In this document: piece by piece, positions 21,036-34,066 of the stretch
How positions within the stretch are numbered: the first letter of the stretch is position 1
Layout: each line of letters starts with the position of its first letter
Source: Eimeria praecox
Taxonomy: Eukaryota
DNA: 64,000 nt
Assembly (NCBI GenBank): GCA_963920595.1
Contig: OY986949.1
Coordinates: 1,116,001-1,180,000 of the forward strand
Direction of reading: 5' to 3'
Notes under the pieces: model-generated
Told to the model about the DNA's origin: nothing
The model's database searches: none
What the model saw: the letters and a program-made list of their open reading frames with translations, nothing else
Translations under genes and position numbers: made by a program

Positions 21036-24000
21036 GGCTATATATCGAGGGTACTTTGCAGCGTGGTAATCGCTTGTGTAAGCTGCTTTTTGCCTCCCCA
21101 AATGCTGGCAGTGCGCTGGATGCGCCTGGAAGTGTATGCAGTCAGAAAGCGAGGAGACTGCTCAGTGCGTGTCGGCTCTGTAAGATGACAACTTTCTTTC
21201 CCCATCGGAAGCGCCTTAACGCTAGAAAGGAGATGGCGAACGAATTCGAAACTGTTTCTGACTGGCCCTAAATGCTGATGGGATATGTAATCATGCTTTT
21301 GCTCTGCTCGTTGCCTATTGGAAGATGAGATGCGTTTTCCACAGACCTGTTCTGAATACAACTAAATGTGGATGCGAAAACTCTGACTTGAATAGGTTAT
21401 GATCAAGTTGCTGCAGTGTGCAGTCGTTGCTATCTGTGTGCCTTAAGGATGAACTAAGTTCTACAATCACGACGGTCTGCGGAAGGCTTGGGTCTTAACC
21501 TGAGCAGTGTCGAGAGTAGAACGATTCTGAAGAGAAGCGTACATAGTTGTTGTGCGAGTTGTTCGTCTTGTAGGCGACCGGATTGTGCAAATTCAGTTGC
21601 CGAGCTCATAGTCTGAATTCACACTCAGCGTGTAGCTGTTGCCTCCCCTATGTAGGTTGGTCTGTGTGCATTCAAGCGTCCACGCTCGGAAAAAAGAGCC
21701 TTTCCTCTCGTTCGCAGCGCATTAGGTGTCGCTTGACACTAACGTTGTGCGTTGCATCCATAAGGTCAGGACAACCTCCAGAAGCAGACTAGTAGTGCAT
21801 GTTGTGGGTGTAGACCTTTGTTTTCGTGTGATTGTACTGCGGAGATGCTTTAGTGATGACCTATTAGACCATCAAATTCCGAGGGTCTACGGATCCGTGG
21901 GGAGAATATTTAACTGCTTACCAAATCTGACGCAGAGTAGAGTGGATGAGCATGTAGAGGCTTATGTAGGTGGGTGCCCAGGATGATGAAACCTTTGTTC
22001 TACCATCTTTCGGGGCATAATTATATTTGCTGAGGACGTAAAGTTTCTGAAAGCTGGGCCTACCACATATCTATTTGCTTTCTAATTTCTTAGCAAAGCC
22101 TTGATGAAACTGAGTATCTAGGAAGTGCCGTCTGAATGCGATTTGCCATGGGCAGTTCTTGCTTATGCGCGAACTTGCCTATTGGCGCATGCGGATTGAT
22201 ATCTCTGAGCAGGCTGCATTGCTTTCCGTGAATGCATTTAATTATGCTCTCAGTGTAGCACGTTGCAAATTCATGCGCAGTGCCTGCGGTAGTCTCCGTT
22301 CGCTGCGCGTGTCAGTAGGCGTGCAATATCGCGTACGAGGGATTTAGTTGGAGCCTGGGTTATCAGACTCCCAAGTCTGGTGCTTTCTTTTCAGTGTTCC
22401 CGTTCCCCCCTTGGAAATTAAAAAGATCATCGTGTTTGTGAAGGAGCACATGTGAATGTCTTCAACGCTGTGTGCGCGAGGATGAAACTGTACTGCCACC
22501 GCTGAATCTTGTGGTGAAGAGACAGTGAAAATAATCCATCAAATAAACTGCTGAATGCCGCAAACATACTACGGACGATTGAGCAAATGATTTATATTTA
22601 TACATTGGGTAGCATGTGGTAGCCGCGAAGATGGTCAGGCAGCCGCAGATTGCCTTTTGGCTACGATTGCGCCCGCCTATTACCCACTCGCGGCAGATGA
22701 ATGTCGCCTTTGGTGTATGCTTTGGTTGGACAGTCATTGGGCTTGTCGCAAGAGCCAGAGCATTTTCTGAAGTCGCACATGTTTTGAGCGTCGGCCCTTC
22801 ATGTTCACTTTATATGCGAGGACATCGGAGATGGTGGAGTTGCATTTATAGACAAGAGAGGGCAAGGACAAATGAGTCTGGCAAATATGATGACTATCTT
22901 AGGACACCCATGACGCTTGCCTGGCGCTGCGTATGAATTCCCAAGCATATTCGTACTGCCTGAAGAGCCACGCTTTTAGGGTTTGTGTTTTCTGTAGTTG
23001 TCTTTTTCACATGGTCCGCCGCATTCGTAGGATGATCTTCACTTTGGTCTGTGTTTCTGAAAACAATTTGAAGTTACTTACTTTTCTGAGAAATGCTGCG
23101 GCATGCATTGCTTTCGTATACAGCGAGTTTCTCTCTTATGGAATAAGTGCCCTTCTCTGGGTATGGCGGTGCCGTCTGTGTAGTCGGTGCTGTAGCCAAA
23201 TCACGGGGGGCTAAAGAGAGCTGTGGCCTTCGCGTTAATCGCAGCGAACCCGAAAGGTTGTGGGTGATAGCTGTTTCATGCCGCGTTGACAGTTTCCACT
23301 TTCTAATGCTGTTGGGGGCTGGGGCATGCGGTGCCTGGTCTTGAACAAGGACTTGTAAGTCTTCCGGCATGTCCCGTGGCGTTCCTTGCCATAGTCTCGC
23401 CATACCTGTATGTGTGAATGACCACAGTTAGCCTAGCTTGGTCAGAAGCGGTTTGCGTTATTTCCGCATTTGTCGCTCTTGTAGTGCTAGGGATAGCATT
23501 TCCGCATGCCTTCCCGTCTGTCCTTTTGATTGGGCCTTTTTCTGACGCCCTGGACAGCCCGGCAGCTCGGTACAGCTATTCGCTTTCAAGCATGTGAATA
23601 TGATAATTGCTGTACTTCCTTCCCTGCGAACACAACTATTGTTGTTCGAGGGCAACTCCTGCTTAATCCATAGCTGTAGGATCTGTAGTATTATGGTGCT
23701 GTCTTTAGGGAAACAGGAAGAATGATTTTGCTTGTTAGTGCTGAATGCTTGTTATAGTTCCGTAGTTTTTGTAGTCTACATTGAAGTGCCTTTTACTGCA
23801 GCCTTGTGCTGAACAGTTGTCCTGAACAAGCTCGAGCTCATTTCTACTTAGTGGCGGCGTGTGTAGTGAATGAGCGGTGATTCGAATATTCCCCCACTTC
23901 AGCGCATGATGCAGTCGTTTGAAGACCGCTTTTGCAAGACATGCACCAGCGTATGCGAGGCTGCAGTACTTATGGTGGGTGGAGGAGGTAGAGGAAGTGG

Positions 24001-27000
24001 TGAACGTACAATGCTGGTCATGATTCGCTTGTTGAACGAAGCTTCGCATGCTAGGGATGATTGCAATGCTACTTCGGGTAATTTGCATCTGAATAACTGA
24101 TGTCAGCATTGTGTCTGAATGCACACGCGCTTCGAAGCTTTTGACTGTCCATATTTACGCGCCCATATAGTTGTGTTCCAGTGGGGAGTTGGCAAATGTA
24201 TAGAGCGCAGTGGAGCATTCCTTTGTGCGGCATCAAAGTTTGCATGCTGCCAGCCAGCGGGATGAAAGAAGCACCTGACACCTCTAAGGTGAAGTAACTC
24301 TAATGATCAGGAAATGCTTCTTCTACTGAGGCTATATATCGAGGGTACTTTGCAGCGTGGTAATCGCTTGTGTAAGCTGCTTTTTGCCTCCCCAAATGCT
24401 GGCAGTGCGCTGGATGCGCCTGGAAGTGTATGCAGTCAGAAAGCGAGGAGACTGCTCAGTGCGTGTCGGCTCTGTAAGATGACAACTTTCTTTCCCCATC
24501 GGAAGCGCCTTAACGCTAGAAAGGAGATGGCGAACGAATTCGAAACTGTTTCTGACTGGCCCTAAATGCTGATGGGATATGTAATCATGCTTTTGCTCTG
24601 CTCGTTGCCTATTGGAAGATGAGATGCGTTTTCCACAGACCTGTTCTGAATACAACTAAATGTGGATGCGAAAACTCTGACTTGAATAGGTTATGATCAA
24701 GTTGCTGCAGTGTGCAGTCGTTGCTATCTGTGTGCCTTAAGGATGAACTAAGTTCTACAATCACGACGGTCTGCGGAAGGCTTGGGTCTTAACCTGAGCA
24801 GTGTCGAAAGTAGAACGATTCTGAAGAGAAGCGTACATAGTTGTTGTGCGAGTTGTTTTTCGTGTAGGCGACCGGATTGTGCAAATTCAGTTGCCGAGCT
24901 CATAGTCTGAATTCACACTCAGCGTGTAGCTGTTGCCTCCCCTATGTAGGTTGGTCTGTGTGCATTCAAGCGTCCACGCTCGGAAAAAAGAGCCTTTCCT
25001 CTCGTTCGCAGCGCATTAGGTGTCGCTTGACACTAACGTTGTGCGTTGCATCCATAAGGTCAGGACAACCTCCAGAAGCAGACTAGTAGTGCATGTTGTG
25101 GGTGTAGACCTTTGTTTTCGTGTGATTGTACTGCGGAGATGCTTTAGTGATGACCTATTAGACCATCAAATTCCGAGGGTCTACGGATCCGTGGGGAGAA
25201 TATTTAACTGCTTACCAAATCTGACGCAGAGTAGAGTGGATGAGCATGTAGAGGCTTATGTAGGTGGGTGCCCAGGATGATGAAACCTTTGTTCTACCAT
25301 CTTTCGGGGCATAATTATATTTGCTGAGGACGTAAAGTTTCTGAAAGCTGGGCCTACCACATATCTATTTGCTTTCTAATTTCTTAGCAAAGCCTTGATG
25401 AAACTGAGTATCTAGGAAGTGCCGTCTGAATGCGATTTGCCATGGGCAGTTCTTGCTTATGCGCGAACTTGCCTATTGGCGCATGCGGATTGATATCTCT
25501 GAGCAGGCTGCATTGCTTTCCGTGAATGCATTTAATTATGCTCTCAGTGTAGCACGTTGCAAATTCATGCGCAGTGCCTGCGGTAGTCTCCGTTCGCTGC
25601 GCGTGTCAGTAGGCGTGCAATATCGCGTACGAGGGATTTAGTTGGAGCCTGGGTTATCAGACTCCCAAGTCTGGTGCTTTCTTTTCAGTGTTCCCGTTCC
25701 CCCCTTGGAAATTAAAAAGGTCATCGTGTTTGTGAAGGAGCACATGTGAATGTCTTCAACGCTGTGTGCGCGAGGATGAAACTGTACTGCCACCGCTGAA
25801 TCTTGTGGTGAAGAGACAGTGAAAATAATCCATCAAATAAACTGCTGAATGCCGCAAACATACTACGGACGATTGAGCAAATGATTTATATTTATACATT
25901 GGGTAGCATGTGGTAGCCGCGAAGATGGTCAGGCAGCCGCAGATTGCCTTTTGGCTACGATTGCGCCCGCCTATTACCCACTCGCGGCAGATGAATGTCG
26001 CCTTTGGTGTATGCTTTGGTTGGACAGTCATTGGGCTTGTCGCAAGAGCCAGAGCATTTTCTGAAGTCGCACATGTTTTGAGCGTCGGCCCTTCATGTTC
26101 ACTTTATATGCGAGGACATCGGAGATGGTGGAGTTGCATTTATAGACAAGAGAGGGCAAGGACAAATGAGTCTGGCAAATATGATGACTATCTTAGGACA
26201 CCCATGACGCTTGCCTGGCGCTGCGTATGAATTCCCAAGCATATTCGTACTGCCTGAAGAGCCACACTTTTAGGGTTTGTGTTTTCTGTAGTTGTCTTTT
26301 TCACATGGTCCGCCGCATTCGTAGGATGATCTTCACTTTGGTCTGTGTTTCTGAAAACAATTTGAAGTTACTTACTTTTCTGAGAAATGCTGCGGCATGC
26401 ATTGCTTTCGTATACAGCGAGTTTCTCTCTTATGGAATAAGTGCCCTTCTCTGGGTATGGCGGTGCCGTCTGTGTAGTCGGTGCTGTAGCCAAATCACGG
26501 GGGGCTAAAGAGAGCTGTGGCCTTCGCGTTAATCGCAGCGAACCCGAAAGGTTGTGGGTGATAGCTGTTTCATGCCGCGTTGACAGTTTCCACTTTCTAA
26601 TGCTGTTGGGGGCTGGGGCATGCGGTGCCTGGTCTTGAACAAGGACTTGTAAGTCTTCCGGCATGTCCCGTGGCGTTCCTTGCCATAGTCTCGCCATACC
26701 TGTATGTGTGAATGACCACAGTTAGCCTAGCTTGGTCAGAAGCGGTTTGCGTTATTTCCGCATTTGTCGCTCTTGTAGTGCTAGGGATAGCATTTCCGCA
26801 TGCCTTCCCGTCTGTCCTTTTGATTGGGCCTTTTTCTGACGCCCTGGACAGCCCGGCAGCTCGGTACAGCTATTCGCTTTCAAGCATGTGAATATGATAA
26901 TTGCTGTACTTCCTTCCCTGCGAACACAACTATTGTTGTTCGAGGGCAACTCCTGCTTAATCCATAGCTGTAGGATCTGTAGTATTATGGTGCTGTCTTT

Positions 27001-28117
27001 AGGGAAACAGGAAGAATGATTTTGCTTGTTAGTGCTGAATGCTTGTTATAGTTCCGTAGTTTTTGTAGTCTACATTGAAGTGCCTTTTACTGCAGCCTTG
27101 TGCTGAACAGTTGTCCTGAACAAGCTCGAGCTCATTTCTACTTAGTGGCGGCGTGTGTAGTGAGTGAGCGGTGATTCGAATATTCCCCCACTTCAGCGCA
27201 TGATGCAGTCGTTTGAAGACCGCTTTTGCAAGACATGCACCAGCGTATGCGAGGCTGCAGTACTTATGGTGGGTGGAGGAGGTAGAGGAAGTGGTGAACG
27301 TACAATGCTGGTCATGATTCGCTTGTTGAACGAAGCTTCGCATGCTAGGGATGATTGCAATGCTACTTCGGGTAATTTGCATCTGAATAACTGATGTCAG
27401 CATTGTGTCTGAATGCACACGCGCTTCGAAGCTTTTGACTGTCCATATTTACGCGCCCATATAGTTGTGTTCCAGTGGGGAGTTGGCAAATGTATAGAGC
27501 GCAGTGGAGCATTCCTTTGTGCGGCATCAAAGTTTGCATGCTGCCAGCCAGCGGGATGAAAGAAGCACCTGACACCTCTAAGGTGAGGTAACTCTAATGA
27601 TCAGGAAATGCTTCTTCTACTGAGGCTATATATCGAGGGTACTTTGCAGCGTGGTAATCGCTTGTGTCAGCTGCTTTTTGCCTCCCCAAATGCTGGCAGT
27701 GCGCTGGATGCGCCTGGAAGTGTATGCAGTCAGAAAGCGAGGAGACTGCTCAGTGCGTGTCGGCTCTGTAAGATGACAACTTTCTTTCCCCATCGGAAGC
27801 GCCTTAACGCTAGAAAGGAGATGGCGAACGAATTCGAAACTGTTTCTGACTGGCCCTAAATGCTGATGGGATATGTAATCATGCTTTTGCTCGGTGTGCC
27901 TACTGAAAGATGAGATGCGTTTTCCACAGACCTGTTCTGAATACAACTAAATGTGGATGCGAAAACTCTGACTTGAATAGGTTATGATCAAGTTGCTGCA
28001 GTGTGCAGTCGTTGCTATCTGTGTGCCTTAAGGATGAACTAAGTTCTACAATCACGACGGTCTGCGGAAGGCTTGGGTCTTAACCTGAGCAGTGTCGAAA
28101 GTAGAACGACTCAGGGG

Positions 28118-29696
28118 ATGGTGTTTGGCAAATGAATAGGGTTGCTTCAAGTGCTTAGAAGACAAGTATCGGAAGCGAAGAGTAAGCGGCCGCTGGCGTT
28201 TCAATAGAGGGTGTTCAATCACGACGTGCGGGTCGCATGGAGTTCTATCCGCAGAGAAAAATATGGTTGGTGGTTTTACTCTGGGTGGTGCTGACTTGGC
28301 ACCCCTTTGCTCGGTAGTCCTGTAATTTTATGTGTGGTTGATGCTCCCTCTGCGTGCTTCTCACGTATTTGGGTGCGAATGCTGATGCCCTTCGTTTCCA
28401 TGCGCGGTGCATATGCATTTCGGTTTTTCTTGGCGTAATGCACTTCCTTATGGACAACTGCTGGATTCTGGGGGTTTGCCACTACCTAAAGTGAGGTTTT
28501 GGCTGCATGCAGTTGCTTTCCGAAAGACATGGCGCGCGTCTGGCTTTCTAAGTGTCAGCGCTCTGCTGCGCTTAGTCCTACGGGCGCATAGAAGTCCTTC
28601 GGCAGAATCACTGTGGCGACTTAAACCGACGCTCGATCAGAGGCGATGATTTCTGGTCATTTCGTAGACGAGCGCCGACCTGTCTACGCCAACATTCCAG
28701 CTTTTGGAGGTAGTGCCTTTTTTTTAGAGCTTGATAGTGGGCAACTTATGCGTCAATGGATTTTACTTGTTCATGTCTGTTTTGCAGAGGGGAAGACGGA
28801 TTATGCTGCGCGGAGGCGATTGACTCTTCAGGATAAGAACAAGTACAATGCGCCTAAGTATCGCTTTGTTGTGCGCGTGACCAACGCGCGCGTGCTCTGC
28901 CAGGTGATGCACGCTCCAATGCAATGAGAGAGGCTTGTATGCAGCGCCGACTCTAAGGAGCTTACTCCCTAAGGAAAGCCCACGGGCGAGGAGTACCACA
29001 TTGAGGAGGTATCCGAGGAGCGTTCTGGATGTAGGGATTGTATCTACTACCGCTGGTACGTTGCGCCTATCGTAATGCCTCGCATTTTCAGGGGTTCTGT
29101 TTTAGAGGCGCTGCTGCTAACAAACGGCCTGCTACGCGCATTTTGTGTGATCTTCCAGGTAACCGAGTCTTAGGTGCTATGAAGGGGGCGTGTGATGGAG
29201 GGTTGCACATTCCCCACAGCAACAAACGATTCCCTGGATTCACAAAGGGCGAAGAAGGCGCTGAGGTTTCCTACAGTCCTGAGGTGCACCGTGCGCGTAT
29301 TCACGGGCTGCATGTTGCCGAGTATATGCGCACTCTGAAGGAGGAGGATCCAGAAAGGTACCAGACTCAGTTCTCTGCTTGCATCCGCAATAGAGTGGAT
29401 GCTGACAACATCGAGAAGATGTACCAAGAGGCATTCCAGAAGATCCGCGCCAACCCAGGTTCAGCCAAGTAGGAGGTCAAGAGAGTCCGCCAGGGTTCCA
29501 TGATCAAAACTGCCACGGAAGGAGCGCGTTTTGAAGAAGGTAAGGATAGTGTGGGGCATCGACTGCATCAGTCAATGGTATTCTGGTTTTCGCCCGTTCT
29601 TCCCTTTTGGGATATGTATCCTGATGCGCTGTTGCGTGTTGTGGTGTGTCTTCTCAGATTCAAATGGTGGCGGAAAAGATGGCAGAGGATGCGTAA
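28118..29696 (+). pseudogene. RPL5: RPL5 pseudogene (duplicated, introns retained)
   Basis: Eroded exon 1 relic at 28118-28181. Exon 2 from 28788 has GGA>TGA at 28925-28927. A deletion joins exon 2 to exon 3; there is an in-frame TAG at 29470-29472 and a deletion in exon 4. The last exon is intact to TAA 29696. Confidence 0.93.
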
Positions 29697-32600
29697 TCGC
29701 TTCCGACACTGGCAACTGTGCTATAATTATACGCGAGTTGCTGGGAGACTGTTCTGTATTTTGGGCAATTGGCCGACCGCTAGGCTATAGTTTTGCACCA
29801 CCGGCCCGATTGCAATGTTTTCCAAACTAATCTCGACTCCATAAGTCTTTGATACGATGCAAACAGCACTGGTGGGGCTGACCAAGCATTATTTTTTTTC
29901 TGCTGTGCATCAGCATTTGTCTGTGGTGAATGCTGCTGCGCAGCTAGGACAAATATTGTCTTCGAGCTAAGCTACTTCGCTCGCGAGTGGATCTGCGTGA
30001 ACTTTCGTGCTCCAAGGGTGTGTTTTTCTTGACACCTCCAGTATCTCCTCCACGTGCTGCTTTTGTGCCGTGGGCGGTCGTGTGGTAGGTGAGATGAAAG
30101 CTTCCCGGACGATGCATAGTTGAATGCAAGCACAGCTGTCAAAGCAATATGCTTGGATTCTGGAACGCGCCGTGCATATTCTTTAAAGCGTGATCAGATG
30201 CCAGCAACTTCCACATATGCAGCGTATGATGATTGTTGAGCTCTTGACACCTCTTGATAGCACTTCCAAAGTGCACTGTTCGGTAACCTCAACTTTCTCT
30301 ACTGATCCACGCTGCCACCCTAACATTTCCGATGGGGTGTTGAACGGGAGGACAAACCTGCTTACCCTAGTCCGCCGCTGGCAACTGATATGCATTGCTG
30401 TGGTTGAAGATGGTCCTTGCTGCCTTAAACTTATCCTATCCAGCCGTGATGATAAACTTCTTTCCCCATCGGAAGTGCCTTAACGCTAGAAAGGAGATGG
30501 CGAACGAATTCGAAACTGTTTCTGACTGGCCTTACATGCTGATGGGATGTGTAACCATGCTTTTGCTCTGCTCGTTGCCTATTGGAAGATGAGATGCGTT
30601 TTCCACAGACCTGTTCTGAATACAACTAAATGTGGATGCGAAAACTCTGACTTGAATAGGTTATGGTCAAGTTGCTGCAATGTGCAGTCGTTGCTATCTG
30701 TGTGCCTTAAGGATGAACTAAGTTCTACAATCACGACGGTCTGCGGAAGGCTTGGGTCTTAACCTGAGCAGTGTCGAGAGTAGAACGATTCTGAAGAGAA
30801 GCGTACATAGTTGTTGTGCGAGTTGTTCGTCGTGTAGGCGACCGGATTGTGCAAATTCAGTTGCCGAGCTCATAGTCTGAATTCACACTCAGCGTGTAGC
30901 TGTTGCCTTCCCTATGTGGGTTGGTCTGTGTGCATTCAAGCGTCCACGCTCGGAAAAAAGAGCCTTTCCTCTCGTTCGCAGCGCATTAGGTGTCGCTTGA
31001 CACTAACGTTGTGCGTTGCATCCATAAGGTCAGGACAACCTCCAGAAGCAGACTAGTAGTGCATGTTGTGGGTGTAGACCTTTGTTTTCGTGTGATTGTA
31101 CTGCGGAGATGCTTTAGTGATGACCTATTAGACCATCAAATTCCGAGGGTCTACGGATCCGTGGGGAGAATATTTAACTGCTTACCAAATCTGACGCAGA
31201 GTAGAGTGGATGAGCATGTAGAGGCTTATGTAGGTGGGTGCCCAGGATGATGAAACCTTTGTTCTACCATCTTTCGGGGCATAATTATATTTGCTGAGGA
31301 CGTAAAGTTTCTGAAAGCTGGGCCTACCACATATCTATTTGCTTTCTAATTTCTTAGCAAAGCCTTGATGAAACTGAGTATCTAGGAAGTGCCGTCTGAA
31401 TGCGATTTGCCATGGGCAGTTCTTGCTTATGCGCGAACTTGCCTATTGGCGCATGCGGATTGATATCTCTGAGCAGGCTGCATTGCTTTCCGTGAATGCA
31501 TTTAATTATGCTCTCAGTGTAGCACGTTGCAAATTCATGCGCAGTGCCTGCGGTAGTCTCCGTTCGCTGCGCGTGTCAGTAGGCGTGCAATATCGCGTAC
31601 GAGGGATTTAGTTGGAGCCTGGGTTATCAGACTCCCAAGTCTGGTGCTTTCTTTTCAGTGTTCCCGTTCCCCCCTTGGAAATTAAAAAGATCATCGTGTT
31701 TGTGAAGGAGCACATGTGAATGTCTTCAACGCTGTGTGCGCGAGGATGAAACTGTACTGCCACCGCTGAATCTTGTGGTGAAGAGACAGTGAAAATAATC
31801 CATCAAATAAACTGCTGAATGCCGCAAACATACTACGGACGATTGAGCAAATGCTTTATATTTATACATTGGGTAGCATGTGGTAGCCGCGAAGATGGTC
31901 AGGCAGCCGCAGATTGCCTTTTGGCTACGATTGCGCCCGCCTATTACCCACTCGCGGCAGATGAATGTCGCCTTTGGTGTATGCTTTGGTTGGACAGTCA
32001 TTGGGCTTGTCGCAAGAGCCAGAGCATTTTCTGAAGTCGCACATGTTTTGAGCTTCGGCCCTTCATGTTCACTTTACATGCGAGGACATCGGAGATGGTG
32101 GAGTTGCATTTATAGACAAGAGAGGGCAAGGACAAATGAGCCTGGCAAATATGATGACTATCTTAGGACACCCATGACGCTTGCCTGGCGCTGCGTATGA
32201 ATTCCCAAGCATATTCGTACTGCCTGAAGAGCCACGCTTTTAGGGTTTGTGTTTTCTGTAGTTGTCTTTTTCACATGGTCCGCCGCATTCGTAGGATGAT
32301 CTTCACTTTGGTCTGTGTTTCTGAAAACAATTTGAAGTTACTTACTTTTCTGAGAAATGCTGCGGCATGCATTGCTTTCGTATACAGCGAGTTTCTCTTG
32401 TGGAATAAGTGCCCTTCTCTGGGTATGGCGGCGCCGTCTGTGTAGTCGGTGCTGTAGCCAAATCACGGGGGGCTAAAGAGAGCTGTGGCCTTCGCGTTAA
32501 TCGCAGCGAACCCGAAAGGTTGTGGGTGATAGCTGTTTCATGCCGCGTTGACAGTTTCCACGTTCAAATGCTGTTGGGGGCTGGGGCATGTGGTGCCTGG

Positions 32601-33300
32601 TCTTCAACAAGGACTTGTAATTCTTCCAGCATGTCCCGTGGCGTTCCTTGCCATAGTCTCGCCATACCTGTATGTGTGAATGACCACAGTTAGCCTAGCT
32701 TGGTCAGAAGCGGTTTGCGTTATTTCCGCATTTGTCGCTCTTGTAGTGCTAGGGATAGCATTTCCGCATGCCTTCCCGTCTGTCCTTTTGATTGGGCCTT
32801 TTTCTGACGCCCTGGACAGCCCGGCAGCTCGGTACAGCTATTCGCTTTCAAGCATGTGAATATGATAATTGCTGTACTTCCTTCCCTGCGAACACAACTA
32901 TTGTTGTTCGAGGGCAACTTTTGCTTAATCCATAGCTGTAGGATCTGTAGTATTATGGTGCTGTCTTTAGGGAAACAGGAAGAATGATTTTGCTTGTTAG
33001 TGCTGAATGCTTGTTATAGTTCCGTAGTTTTTGTAGTCTACATTGAAGTGCCTTTTACTGCAGCCTTGTCCTGAATAGTTGTCCTGAACAAGCTCGAGCT
33101 CATTTCTACTTAGTGGCGGCGTTTGTAGTGAGTGGGCAGTGATTCGAATATTCCCCCACTTCAGCGCACGATGCAGTCGTTTGAAGACCGCTTTTGCAAG
33201 ACATGCATCAGCGTATGCGAGGCTGCAGTACTTATGGTGGGTGGAGGAGGTACGGGAAGTGAAGTTTCTAAGCTGGTCATGATTCCCTTGCTGAACGAAG
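28450..33300 (+). repeat. Segmental duplicate of RPL5 (intron 1 to 3' flank) plus the snoRNA cluster
   Basis: Matches about 14340-17400 (offset 14114 to 13831) and then about 18660-20745 (offset about 12558). Similarity ends near 33300. Confidence 0.93.
28534..28697 (+). ncRNA. Intronic H/ACA snoRNA copy in the RPL5 pseudogene
   Basis: Identical by eye to 14420-14583 (offset 14114). Confidence 0.78.
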
Positions 33301-34066
33301 CACTGGCAGCTCGAAAGTGCTGTTGCGCGGTCGAATCTATGCCAGTTTAGGCTACTCGTTATACCAGTCACCTGTTCATGCTTGGTTAGCTGCGTATGCA
33401 GTTCAGCGTTCGACGAAGGCTATAGACAGCGAAGTGTTTCAAGAACAACGCTGTAGCGCTCCAACATGATGGCTATCAAGGTTCCTGTCTTTGCTGTTAT
33501 GCGACAACTGGGCTCTGGCTGTGCTACTGTGGCAGTCGCGTGAGTAGTGTTCACGAAATTCGGTGCATACGGCAATATACTTATACGGACATTGGAATAT
33601 CTTGACGTGAGAAGAATGTCCCGTAACGCTCCAGGTACAGCATTCTGATTGCTAAAACCCTGCTTGTGCATTATCAAATGCTACCCGCGAATCTCCCAGT
33701 ATCCTATTCCTTGGATCCACGATCGCTGAGCTACACCAAAATGGGAGAGATCACGTGAAGAAGGCTGCCTCCTATGGCTGTTCTCTATCCACACACAATG
33801 CTGATGGTGACTGCTGTTCTCTCTGCTGACTCAAGAACACGCAAGCCGTCTTAAGGGATCGCTCGGTATTCTCTAGTTGCGCTTCGCGTCACTTGCGGCT
33901 TACAATCGTGGATAGCTTCTGCACGCGTCCCAATAGAGAATCCCTCTCCGCTTCTGCAAGATGGGCATACACAAGCTATGCAGCTTTGGGCGATGCATAC
34001 TGTGCGGTTCCATGGCAGCCAAAGCAATGGCAGAACATCTAAATATCTGCAGTCGCTGCCTGACAC

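Larger units (their letters stand above)
18022..28109 (+). repeat. Tandem array of about 3.06 copies of a 3294-bp snoRNA-cluster unit
   Basis: Identical ORF-track entries recur at exact +3294 offsets (18289, 21583, 24877; 21020, 24314, 27608) with a few SNPs between copies. A partial related module lies at 16.6-17.6 kb and a further copy at 30.4-33.3 kb. Confidence 0.97.

Noticed and set aside
16600..28109. CRISPR-like or rDNA interpretation of the array
   Set aside because: The unit is 3.3 kb with no short repeat-spacer pattern. The rRNA matches are only 9-13 nt antisense guides, not rRNA genes.
16352..33371. Many recurring 60-130 aa ORFs in the repeat units
   Set aside because: No domains, mostly non-ATG starts, and stops or frameshifts differ between copies. 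The sequence is better explained by snoRNAs.
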